Program-made: the position numbers and the translations under genes | Source of the DNA: Candidatus Latescibacterota bacterium | GTDB taxonomy: Bacteria > Latescibacterota > UBA2968 > GCA-2709665 | DNA: 64,000 bases | Assembly: GCA_965222075.1 (NCBI GenBank) | Contig: OZ244937.1 | Span: 64,001-128,000 of the forward strand | Reading direction: 5' to 3' | Shown here: positions 10,037 through 19,400 of the stretch, one piece after another | Numbering within the stretch: the first letter of the stretch is position 1 | Layout: every line of letters starts with the position of its first letter | Notes under the pieces: generated by a model | The model's input: the letters and a program-made list of their open reading frames with translations, nothing else | Database searches by the model: none | Told to the model about the DNA's origin: nothing

Positions 10037-11785
10037 ATGGGATTCTCACCGCGTGCAATGGTGCAACGCCCCCGCCCCGAGAGCGAGGGGAACAGGGCCC
10101 TGCTGGTGCTGGTGGACAGTCGGGGCAGTTATACGGATACGAGCATCGTGGATCAAACCGTGCTGGTGGCTTTGCAGCACTTCGGGTTTCCGTTTCGCAT
10201 TCACGATTTGGCAGCCGGTCCGCTGACCCGCGACCTGCTGGAGAACTGCGCCGCCGTGGTTATCGCCCAGGCCCGCCTGGGGGATGTCCTCTCGTTAGAG
10301 GAGACAAAGCTGCTGGCCTCGGGGGTGGAAGAGGCCGGGCTGGGTCTGGTCAATTTCGATGGTGAGCTGCGGCTGTACAAACCGCCGCTGCTGCGCCTCC
10401 TGGGGCTGGAGGCGGACCGGATTCCGATGGCCTCGGACCTGCTGCGCATCGGGGGCAACGACCACTTTATTAACCGGACGCAGCAGGCGGGCAGTCTGGT
10501 CCGGTTGAAGCGACCGGTGACCACTGCTCAGATCAAGCGGGTGGGCCGACACGTTGTGGAGCTGGCGCAGGTTGCGATGGGCAAAGACCAGCTCATTTTC
10601 TCCCGCCACAACGTTCCGGGTACGGCCTACGAGCCGGACCAGTTTCCGGTTGTTCTGGCCGGGGTCTGCGGGAATGGCCGGGCCGTGCAGTTTGCCTGTT
10701 CTCCCCGGATCTGGCACCCGGAGTTTCTGGGCCATGCGATGGGGCTGGACGCCTTTTTCTGGCGCGCGATTGTCTGGGCGGCGCGCAAGCCGTTTGCCGC
10801 TCAGATGATGCCGCCCTATGTGACCATCCGGGTGGACGACGGCAGGGGGCGCCACGATTTCCGCTATACCGGGGTGATGAACCGGCACGGCTACCGTCCG
10901 ATGATCTCCTGTTTCCTGGATCTCGTCCCGGACGAGGTGGTGCCGTTTATGCGGGCCCAATACGAGGCCGGGCAGGTGGGCTGGGACGCGCATGCCTTCG
11001 ATTACTACACGCTGATTCCTTTCGATTTCGGCATTGGGGAGTACAGCGACGCGGAGCTGAAGGAGATCTTCGAGCGGGTGGACCGGTGGTACGACGAACG
11101 GGGATTGAGGCCGCCGCGCCGGGCGGTTTTTCACTGGGGCGAGGTGGGGGTGCGCGTCCTGCCTTATCTGAAGGCCCGGGGGCGGACTTTTATCTATTCG
11201 ACCTACCATCTGGGACAGGTGAAGTGGGAGCGGCTGTTTCCCAACTGGTGGCCCTACGGCCTCAACAGCCTGTTCTACGACTATGTGCCCGAAGATCCGG
11301 AGATGTACAACATCGGGGCTATGCTGCCCCGCCACCTTGTGGAGCCCGACGTGTTGACCGGCTGTACGACCTGGGCCGGCGACAATCCGACCAACGATAT
11401 GGTCAAGGCCGCAGACCGGGCGGGCGGCTCGGTCCGCCTGGCGCTGGACAGCGGGTTCTTTTCGGAGATCACCACCCACGAGCAGAAGTTCGGGGTGCTT
11501 ACCCTGGAGGAGATCGACCGATGGTTGTCGCTGCTGGGGCAGCAGACGGACCGTTACGACATCCGGGGGGTGAGCCACGATGAGGCCGCCGAGTATACCC
11601 GGGCCCGGGATGAGTCGTGGATTGCGGCTGCGTCCACGCCCGACGGCAGGGCGGTATGCCTCAGGCTGGGTGGAAAGGCGGGCGTGCCCCTGGAACTGGC
11701 CCTGTTCGAGAACGACGGGGACGGCGTGGCCCAGCGGTGGGAATCGGTCCCCGCCTTCGAGGAGGAGGTCCAGGTCAATCTCTGA
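10037..11785 (+). CDS. Hypothetical protein with polysaccharide-deacetylase-like C-terminal domain
   Basis: Long ORF with host-like codon use; IRVDD and downstream His motifs resemble a NodB-like barrel; start uncertain (10037 or 10058). Confidence 0.55.
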   Translation: MGFSPRAMVQRPRPESEGNRALLVLVDSRGSYTDTSIVDQTVLVALQHFGFPFRIHDLAAGPLTRDLLENCAAVVIAQARLGDVLSLEETKLLASGVEEAGLGLVNFDGELRLYKPPLLRLLGLEADRIPMASDLLRIGGNDHFINRTQQAGSLVRLKRPVTTAQIKRVGRHVVELAQVAMGKDQLIFSRHNVPGTAYEPDQFPVVLAGVCGNGRAVQFACSPRIWHPEFLGHAMGLDAFFWRAIVWAARKPFAAQMMPPYVTIRVDDGRGRHDFRYTGVMNRHGYRPMISCFLDLVPDEVVPFMRAQYEAGQVGWDAHAFDYYTLIPFDFGIGEYSDAELKEIFERVDRWYDERGLRPPRRAVFHWGEVGVRVLPYLKARGRTFIYSTYHLGQVKWERLFPNWWPYGLNSLFYDYVPEDPEMYNIGAMLPRHLVEPDVLTGCTTWAGDNPTNDMVKAADRAGGSVRLALDSGFFSEITTHEQKFGVLTLEEIDRWLSLLGQQTDRYDIRGVSHDEAAEYTRARDESWIAAASTPDGRAVCLRLGGKAGVPLELALFENDGDGVAQRWESVPAFEEEVQVNL

Positions 11786-11859
11786 TGGGGGGGACGATGG
11801 ATGGCGGACGGTTGACCACAAATGCGGTCCGTGGTCCATAAGCTTCTAAGTGGAGAGAC

Positions 11860-13899
11860 ATGGCTGAAAGGCGGGAGATAGCGGTCGTAAGGCGAGCGGG
11901 TGTGGCGGAGGACCTCCGGGAGGTCGAGGGAGAGGTGGGGCAGGAGCGGGGGGTGACGCTCCGGGCGGTCGTCTTCGGAATTTGCGTGGCCGTAGGGGTG
12001 AGCCTGCTGGCCAATACGGTGGTCTATGTCCTTCACGGGTCGTATATGACCATCAGCATGATGCCGATGGTGAACCTCATGCTCTTCCTCCTGTCGGTCC
12101 TGGCCTGCGCTGCGCTGGCACGGCTGTTCGGGCGCCGGTTCGTCTTCTCTCAGGCAGAGTGGATCACGATTTTCTGCATGGGGTTCAGCAGCGCGATTTG
12201 CCCTACCTACAGGACCTCCGGCTACCTCCTCAGCATTCTGGCGTCCCCGTATTATTTCGCGACGCCGGAGAACCGGTGGGCGGAGTACATCCATCCCTAC
12301 CTGCCCGGGTGGTTGATTCCCTCAAACGAGAATGGGGCGATCACGCAGTTTTTCGAGGGGCTGCCAAAGGGGGCGTTGATCCCCTGGGAGGTCTGGGCGG
12401 TTCCGCTGTTGTGGAGTTTTCTCCTGGTTGCGGCGTTCGTTTTTGCCTGTTTCTGCGTGTCGGTGATCCTGCATCGGCAGTGGGCAGAGCACGAGAAGCT
12501 GGTGTACCCGGCGCTGACGCCGATTCTGGAGATGACGGCGCGGGCGGGTACAGGGCGGCGGGCGCTGCCGGAGTTTATGAAGGGGAAGGCGTTCTGGGCA
12601 GGATTGGCATTGACCTCATTTGTGTTCTGCTGGAACATGATCGGCTGGTTCTACCCTCATTTTCCGCAGTTTCCAACGGGAGGCGGGTGGAGCGGTTCCT
12701 TCCATTACCTCTTGCCGAGGAACTATCCTCCTTTTTTTATTTTTCCAAGCACGGTCGTGATCTGTTTTTCCTATTTCGCCAGCCTCGAGGTGTTGTTCAG
12801 TATCTGGTTTTTTGACCTTTTGTACGTGTTCGAAGCGGGTCTACTGAACCGGTTTGGGATCGTGGCCACGTCCAGTTCCTACGTTGGGGCCGGGCCCTAC
12901 GCGGTGACCAGCTATAAGTGGCAGACGGCCGGGGCCTTCATTGCGCTGGTGCTCTGGTGGCTCTGGATTTCCCGGGGGCACCTCCGCAACGTGCTGAATA
13001 AGGCGATTCGGCCGTCTGTGGATGACAGCCGGGAGATGCTTTCTTACCGGACGGCGGTGGTGGGTCTGATTGTCTGCAGCCTCTACATCGCGGCCTGGTT
13101 TGGGCAGGTGGGAATCGAGGCGAAGATGGTTGTGCTGCTGGTTCCCACCGCGTTTCTGGTGTTTGTGGGTCTGGCGAAGATGATGGCGGATTCGGGGCTG
13201 GTCTACCTGGAGGCCTCGGCGCTGTGCTGGGACTATTCCCTGTTTGCCTTAGGCGGCGCAAGCGAGATGAAGCCGTCCACGCACGCGGCCAGCGGCCTGC
13301 TGGCGTTTACGCTCAATCATCCCTGGAGTTCGGTGATGCCGATGATGTCCCACGCCTGTCGCCTGGGGGACTTTGTGTGGAAGGACAAGCGGAGGCTCTT
13401 CTGGAGCATCTGGTGGGCGTTCATCGTGGGGGTGACGGTGTCTACGGTGTTCATCATCTGGCTGGCCTACAGGGAGGGGGCCCACAGTTTTCAGAACTGG
13501 TCGATTCTGAGGGAAGGGGTATGGCAGTACGGGTTGTCCATCAATGCGATGAGCAATCCCCGGCCGATTTTGACGGTCGAGTACTGGCTTTTTCTGGGTG
13601 GGGTCGTGAGTATGCTTTTCCTGACTTTTATGCGTTACCGGTTCGCCTGGTGGCCGTTTCATCCGGTGGGGTTTGCCTTCTCGGGCACGATTTTTACACG
13701 GCTGGAGAGTTTCACAATTCTGATCGCATGGCTGCTCAAGTTTCTGATGCTCAAGATCGGCGGCGTGTCTTTTTACCGGCGGTCGAGGCCGTTTTTCGTC
13801 GGCATGCTGGTCGGTTACATCCTGGCTGTGGTCGCAGGGCTTGTGGTGGACGCGGTCTGGTTTCCGGGGCAGGGGCACAGGGTGCATCAGTGGTATTGA
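11860..13899 (+). CDS. Polytopic membrane protein, DUF6785/DUF6784 putative transporter family
   Basis: Many TM segments; motifs PYYFATPENRW, IPWEVWAVPL, QWAEHEKLVYP, RFAWWPFHPVGF, RPFFVGMLVG. Confidence 0.8.
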   Translation: MAERREIAVVRRAGVAEDLREVEGEVGQERGVTLRAVVFGICVAVGVSLLANTVVYVLHGSYMTISMMPMVNLMLFLLSVLACAALARLFGRRFVFSQAEWITIFCMGFSSAICPTYRTSGYLLSILASPYYFATPENRWAEYIHPYLPGWLIPSNENGAITQFFEGLPKGALIPWEVWAVPLLWSFLLVAAFVFACFCVSVILHRQWAEHEKLVYPALTPILEMTARAGTGRRALPEFMKGKAFWAGLALTSFVFCWNMIGWFYPHFPQFPTGGGWSGSFHYLLPRNYPPFFIFPSTVVICFSYFASLEVLFSIWFFDLLYVFEAGLLNRFGIVATSSSYVGAGPYAVTSYKWQTAGAFIALVLWWLWISRGHLRNVLNKAIRPSVDDSREMLSYRTAVVGLIVCSLYIAAWFGQVGIEAKMVVLLVPTAFLVFVGLAKMMADSGLVYLEASALCWDYSLFALGGASEMKPSTHAASGLLAFTLNHPWSSVMPMMSHACRLGDFVWKDKRRLFWSIWWAFIVGVTVSTVFIIWLAYREGAHSFQNWSILREGVWQYGLSINAMSNPRPILTVEYWLFLGGVVSMLFLTFMRYRFAWWPFHPVGFAFSGTIFTRLESFTILIAWLLKFLMLKIGGVSFYRRSRPFFVGMLVGYILAVVAGLVVDAVWFPGQGHRVHQWY

Positions 13900-14026
13900 G
13901 GACCCCTCCCCCGGCCCCTCCCCTGAAAGGGGAGGGGAGAGGAGGAGTTCCGTAACTATTTGTGGAATAAAGACTTGCTCCCCTTTCCCTGTTAGGGAAG
14001 GGGGTCGGGGGGTTAGGTTCAGGAGG
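13900..14026 (+). repeat. GC-rich double-hairpin REP-like element (long copy)
   Basis: CCCCTCCCCT-GAA-AGGGGAGGGG hairpin, AT-rich spacer, second CCCCTTTCCCT..AGGGAAGGGG hairpin; ends AGGTTCAGGAGG; ends shared with 24943-24990. Confidence 0.7.
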
Positions 14027-14031
14027 CCAGG

Positions 14032-15129
14032 TTGGAGGAGGATGAGATGAATCCCGGGTATTTTGAGGTCAAAGAGATCAAGGGAAGTCCCTTCGATATC
14101 GGCGTGAGGTATGGCGAATTCATAAAGCTCGAGTTCAGCCAGATTGTAGCGCAGTATGCCGAGAGCTATTTGAAGAAACACGATCCGGCGCGGGTTGAGG
14201 TCATCAAGGAGGGTATGGAGGGCTATCTGAGGGATCACGCCCCGACGCTGATCGAAGAGATGGCCGGAATCGCCGAGGGTTCCGGCGTTCCTTTTGACGA
14301 TGTGTTCAAGCACAATCTGTGCAGTTGTATCGGGACGACGCTTTCTGCGGAAGCGTCCGTGCGTGAAGCTGTGCACTGTACAAGCATTGGGTTTCCGAAC
14401 AGCGACCGGGGGCCTCTTTTGGGAAAGAATACGGATTGTGGGGACCCCGAGGAGTCTCTCATCCGGTTTGTGCCCATGCTCCTCTGGCGCCCTTCAAACG
14501 GGCTGGCTTCGATCGGGTCTACCCATATGGGGACGGTGTGGAGACACGTAGGGGTCAACGAGAAAGGGCTGGCCCTGGGCGGGTCTTCGGTAAGCGGCAG
14601 GGTCGCGGACTTTGAGCCGGGGCTGACGGATGGATTCCTGGGCAGGCTGTTTCTGGACCGGTGTGCGACCGTGGGGGAGGCCGTCAATCTTGTGGAGGCG
14701 CATCCCTTTGTAGGCGCGGGGGTGAATTTTATCGTGGTGGATGAAGCGGGGGACGCTGCGGTGTTCGAGTTGTCGGCAGAGGGAAAGGTGGTGGAGCGGC
14801 TGAACGGGCACAGCCATCTGTTTACGACGAATTTTTACGCTTCCGGGAAGCTGCGGCACGGGCCCGACAGCCAGGCGTGGGCGCTGGACAATTCGAGGGC
14901 ACGACACGCGTTGCTGACCCGGATCGAGCCGGATCGGGACGGCGGGTTCCGCTTTGGGCAGATGGAGGAGGTGCTCTGTCACCGGGCTGGAGAGGGGGCA
15001 ATCTGCCAGTACAAGGATGTCAACAGGATGAGTACGACGTTTTCAACGATCGCGGTTTGCAAAGAGCGTGCGCTGCTTACGGCTTGGGGTAAGCCGTGTG
15101 ATACGGCATACCAGGTGTATCGTGTGTGA
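14032..15129 (+). CDS. Peptidase C45 / acyl-CoA:6-APA acyltransferase-like Ntn hydrolase
   Basis: EEMAGIAEGSG, cleavage-site Cys in HCTSIG, LLGKNTD, GVNEKGL, TTNFY, NSRAR, WGKPC; start TTG 14032 or ATG 14047. Confidence 0.85.
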   Translation: MEEDEMNPGYFEVKEIKGSPFDIGVRYGEFIKLEFSQIVAQYAESYLKKHDPARVEVIKEGMEGYLRDHAPTLIEEMAGIAEGSGVPFDDVFKHNLCSCIGTTLSAEASVREAVHCTSIGFPNSDRGPLLGKNTDCGDPEESLIRFVPMLLWRPSNGLASIGSTHMGTVWRHVGVNEKGLALGGSSVSGRVADFEPGLTDGFLGRLFLDRCATVGEAVNLVEAHPFVGAGVNFIVVDEAGDAAVFELSAEGKVVERLNGHSHLFTTNFYASGKLRHGPDSQAWALDNSRARHALLTRIEPDRDGGFRFGQMEEVLCHRAGEGAICQYKDVNRMSTTFSTIAVCKERALLTAWGKPCDTAYQVYRV

Positions 15130-15178
15130 CCGGTGGCAGCAGAATCGCATTTCAGGTTCTTAAGAGGAGGGTCGAAAG

Positions 15179-16081
15179 ATGGCGAAGCATCTTATGGATA
15201 TGTTGAAAGATGGCGTTGTACTGGGTGACGGTGGCATGTACCTGGAGGCAAACTGGCGGGGCTACGACGTGCCCGAAATCATCGGGTCGCACCCGGAGGC
15301 ATTGCGGCAGATCCACCAGGATTTTTACAATGCCGGTTCGCAGGTGCTTCAGGCGCTGACCTGGTTTACGTCGGGTGCGCAGCTGGAGGCGAAGTACGGC
15401 TGGGGCGACCGGGTGGAAGAGATCAATCGAACGGGGATTCAGGCGGCGAAGGAGGCATCGGACGGGGAGGCGCCGGTGGGGGGGTGTCTGGTGTCTACGA
15501 GGACGGGGTCGCGGCTGGGGGATCCGGTTTTCGATCCGGACGATCCGTCGTCGCACGCCCGGGCGCAGGCGGAGTGGGAGGAGCAGATTGCGATCCTGGT
15601 GGATGCGGGCGCGGATTTTCTGATTCCCGAGACCTTCAGTCGACTGGATGAGGTGCGGGTGTGTCTGGAGAGCTGCAAGAAGGCGGACGTTCCGACGATG
15701 GTGCTGATGGGGATCGGGAGTGAGAAGACGACACAGGATGGGGCGACTGCTGCAGAGTGTGCCCGGGTGCTGGTTGACGAGGGCGCGGATGTTGTGGGCA
15801 CGGTCTGCATCGGGGATGCCGAGCAGATGCTGCCGACCGCGCTGGAGATGCGGGAGGCGGTGGATGTGCCGGTCGCCTGCCAGCCGAAAGGGTTCAGGCA
15901 GAGAGTGGATACCGAAGGGGTTGACTACGCCGTGTCGCGCTTTTCGGAGGGCGTCAGTGCGGAGGAGATGGCGGAGTTTGCGGTGAAGGCGAAGGCGGAA
16001 GGGATTAACTTCATCGGGTGCTGCTGCGGCACGGGTCCTTCGCACATCCGGGCGATGGCGGAGGCGCTGGGGCTCAAGTAG
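15179..16081 (+). CDS. Homocysteine S-methyltransferase family protein (paralogue 2)
   Basis: VVLGDGGM, HPEALRQIHQDF, ETF, GTVC, IGCCCGTGPSHIRAMAEAL. Confidence 0.9.
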   Translation: MAKHLMDMLKDGVVLGDGGMYLEANWRGYDVPEIIGSHPEALRQIHQDFYNAGSQVLQALTWFTSGAQLEAKYGWGDRVEEINRTGIQAAKEASDGEAPVGGCLVSTRTGSRLGDPVFDPDDPSSHARAQAEWEEQIAILVDAGADFLIPETFSRLDEVRVCLESCKKADVPTMVLMGIGSEKTTQDGATAAECARVLVDEGADVVGTVCIGDAEQMLPTALEMREAVDVPVACQPKGFRQRVDTEGVDYAVSRFSEGVSAEEMAEFAVKAKAEGINFIGCCCGTGPSHIRAMAEALGLK

Positions 16082-16099
16082 GGACCAGCCAGGCAAAGA

Positions 16100-16164
16100 C
16101 CTGTCTGCCTGCTTGCCTGTCTGCCTGCTTGCCTGTCTGCCGTGCCGGGCACGGCACAGGCAGG
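16100..16164. repeat. CCTGTCTGCC...CAGGCAGG REP-like palindrome with tandem 16-bp units
   Basis: CCTGTCTGCCTGCTTG x2, then CCTGTCTGCC-GTGCCGGGCACGGCAC-AGGCAGG; related copies at 26325-26396 and 50363-50390. Confidence 0.75.
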
Positions 16165-16263
16165 TCTGCCCTGCGGACCTTTTGGGCGTTTTTTGGCGAT
16201 GGTGCTGGACGGAACCGCGCGGAAAAGCCCCTTCCCCCCGCCCCGAAGGCGCGGGAGGCGAAA
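16165..16263 (+). repeat. Left 99-bp inverted repeat of helicase cassette
   Basis: Matches reverse complement of 21620-21718 at 92/99 positions without gaps (manual alignment). Confidence 0.9.
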
Positions 16264-16466
16264 CGGGTGATCATGGGTGCCCCAGAGGGCGCATGACAAC
16301 TACTGAGGATAATCATGGAAACGTTCGCCCTGCTCGAAGCAGTATTATACCGCTTTCGGGACCTGTTGGGTAGTCAAAACTTCGCGCTATTTTGTGCCTT
16401 CTTTCTCCAAAGAGATAAGGTACCCACCCAAAAGGGTCAAATCCACGACGGCTAATGCACTGATTA

Positions 16467-19400
16467 TTGAGTATGGACCCCAGCCTTTTGCCTCGCTGCA
16501 TTTCGCTTGACCTCGAAGTCGGCAAGCAGGACCACCGCATCCGCGCCTTCGCTGCGGTTCGTCTGGGTATCGATCAAGCCTTGATCTTCCGCGGTGGCGA
16601 CCTGGCGGCGGCGTTGGCGAAGCTCGACGACTTCGCTGCTGGCGCGGACTTCCTGCTCGGACACAACCTGATCGCTTTCGATCTGCCACATCTGAAAGCC
16701 GCGAAGCCCGATCTACGAATGCTGAAGCTGTCGGCGGTGGATACGTTGTGGCTCAACCCTCTCGCCTTTCCCCGCAATCCCTATCACCACCTCGTCAAGC
16801 ACTATCAGGACGGACAGCTCAAGCGCGGGCGATTAAACGACCCGGAACTCGATGCCCGGCTCGCGCTGGAAGTCTTCGACAGTCAGGAAACTGCGTTACG
16901 CGATGCGCCCCCTGGCTTGCTCGCCGCGTGGCATTGGCTGACCGGAACAGAACCCGACGGCGCGGGATTCGACGCCGTTTTCGCCTCCATACGGTACGCG
17001 CCCCGACCAACCGACGCGGCAGCGAACGCGGCGGTCCGCGAGCGACTTGCGGACATCGCCTGCCAGAATCGCGGTCAGGATGTTCTCAAGAATGCCGCCC
17101 AAAGCGGCTGGCCGCTGGTTTACGCGCTGGCCTGGCTGTCAGTTTCCGGCGGCAATTCCGTGATGCCGCCGTGGGTTCGACATCAGTTCCCAGAAGCCGG
17201 TAAGCTGGTTCGCCAACTAAGGGATATGCCCTGCGGCGCGTCGGACTGCGATTGGTGCGGGGAGAGACACGATCCGCGCAAGGAGCTTAAACGCTGGTTC
17301 GGCTTTGACGATTTTCGCCCGGAACCGGTGGACGAGGACGACCGGCCCATGCAGCAGTCCATCGTCGAGGTGGCAATGGCCGGGGAGCACATCCTGGGGA
17401 TTCTGCCCACCGGCACCGGCAAGTCGCTCTGCTACCAGATCCCGGCCCTGTCCCGCTACGACAAGACCGGCGCTCTCACGGTGGTGATTTCGCCCTTGGT
17501 CGCGCTCATGGCGGATCAGGTGGCGGGGCTGGAGGCTCATGGAATCGGCTCCTGCGTGGCCATCAACGGGTTGCTGTCCATGCCCGAGCGAGCCGATGCG
17601 CTGGACCGGGTTCGGCTCGGGGACGCGGGCATCCTCATCGTCTCACCTGAGCAGCTCCGCAATCGTTCCCTGCGCAGGGTACTGGATCAGCGCGAGATCG
17701 GCGCCTGGGTGCTGGACGAGGCCCACTGTCTCTCGAAGTGGGGGCACGCCTTTCGGCCGGATTATCGCTACATAGGACGTTTCATCCGCGAAAAGGCGGG
17801 ACAGAAGCCGATCCCGCCGGTGCTATGCCTGACCGCGACGGCCAAGCCCGACGTGGTGGCGGACATCAAGCAGCATTTCCAAGACGAGCTTGGCGTAAGA
17901 CTGAAGATCTTCGACGGCGGTGCCCATCGCACCAATCTGGAGTTCACAGTGGTGCCGACGACCGGGGGAGAGAAGTTCTCGCACATCCACCAGATTCTAA
18001 TGGCCGACTTGCCACCGGACATGCCCGGAGGCGCCATCGTCTATTGTGCTACGCGCCGACAGGCTGAAGAGGTGGCGGAGTTCCTGCAGGACAAGGAGGT
18101 CGCGGCAGGCTACTTCCACGCCGGGTTGCCGCCAGAGACCAAGAAGAATGTACAGCAGTGCTTCATCAGCGGCGAGTTGCGCGTGATCGTGGCCACCAAT
18201 GCCTTCGGCATGGGCATCGATAAGCCGGATGTGCGGCTGGTGATCCACGCCGACATCCCGGGATCGCTGGAGAACTACCTGCAGGAGGCGGGCCGCGCCG
18301 GACGAGACCGACAGATGGCGCGCTGCGTACTGCTCTATGCGACGGATGACGTGGAGAGACAGTTCTTTATGTCGGCGCGTTCGCGGCTCACCCGGCGAGA
18401 GATTCACGGCGTCCTGAGAGCGCTGCGCAACCTGGACCGGAAGAAGCGTCTGGGCGGCGAGGTCGTGGCCACTGCCGGCGAGATCCTCGGCGAGGACGAC
18501 GAAAAGGTATTCGAGAGGGACTCAACCACTGACGATACCCGTGTGCGAACCGCCATCTCCTGGCTTGAGGAGGCGGTACTGTTGACCCGGGATGAGAACC
18601 AGGTTCAGGTGTTCCCTTCGTCTCTTCGGGTGGATTCGGTGGAGGAAGCACGCAGTCGGTTGGCGAAGGCGGTTGTGACCGATGACTACCGGAGACGGCT
18701 GCTCAGAATTGCCGAGACACTGATCGATGCCGACCCCGATGAGGGCATCTCTACCGACGATCTAATGGGCGTATCCGGCCTGAGGGCCGAAGGCGTACGC
18801 GGTGCTCTGTACGACCTGGAGCGGCTGGGCATCGCCAGCAACGATACGGCGCTGACCGCCTTCGTCCACGCGGGAGTGGCGCGTAACTCGCTCAAGCGCT
18901 TTGATGAGGCGGCGGAGTTGGAGACCGCCCTCATCGCGCAGATGCGTGAGGCGGCACCGGATATGAGCAACGGAGATAGGTGGCCACTACATTTACGCGT
19001 CGCCGCACAAACCCTGCGAGATGCGGGGGTGGCCGATCCCCTGCCGGAACGGCTGTGGCGCATTCTCCGCAGCATCGCCGGCGACGGGCGCGGCGACGGG
19101 GGCGACGCCGGCAGCCTCGGGGTACGACGGCGGGATGCGGAGACGGTGCAGGTGACGTTGCGACGCGAGTGGTCGGATTTGGAGGAGCTCGCGTCGCGCC
19201 GGCGCGAGGGGTCGAAGCGCCTGCTGGATCACTTGCTCGCCTGTCTGCCGCCCGGGAGTCGGGGCACGGACCTGCTGGCTGAAACCACCCTCGGCAAGCT
19301 GTTGGAAGCGATTACGTCCGACCTGTTTCTGAAGAGCAGGAACCCCGAGAGGTTGCTGCATCACGCCCTGCTATGGCTGCACGATCAAGAAGTTATTCGT

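Noticed and set aside
10295-11839. Long minus-strand ORFs (also 6663-7991, 22686-24005, 47568-49094, 52950-54224, 56619-58013 and others)
   Set aside because: Antisense shadows of well-supported + strand genes in GC-rich DNA; no motifs, His/Pro/Arg-rich composition
16100-16164. Possible CRISPR array or leader (also AT-rich 21830-22150)
   Set aside because: Units are contiguous 16-mers without unique spacers; no cas genes
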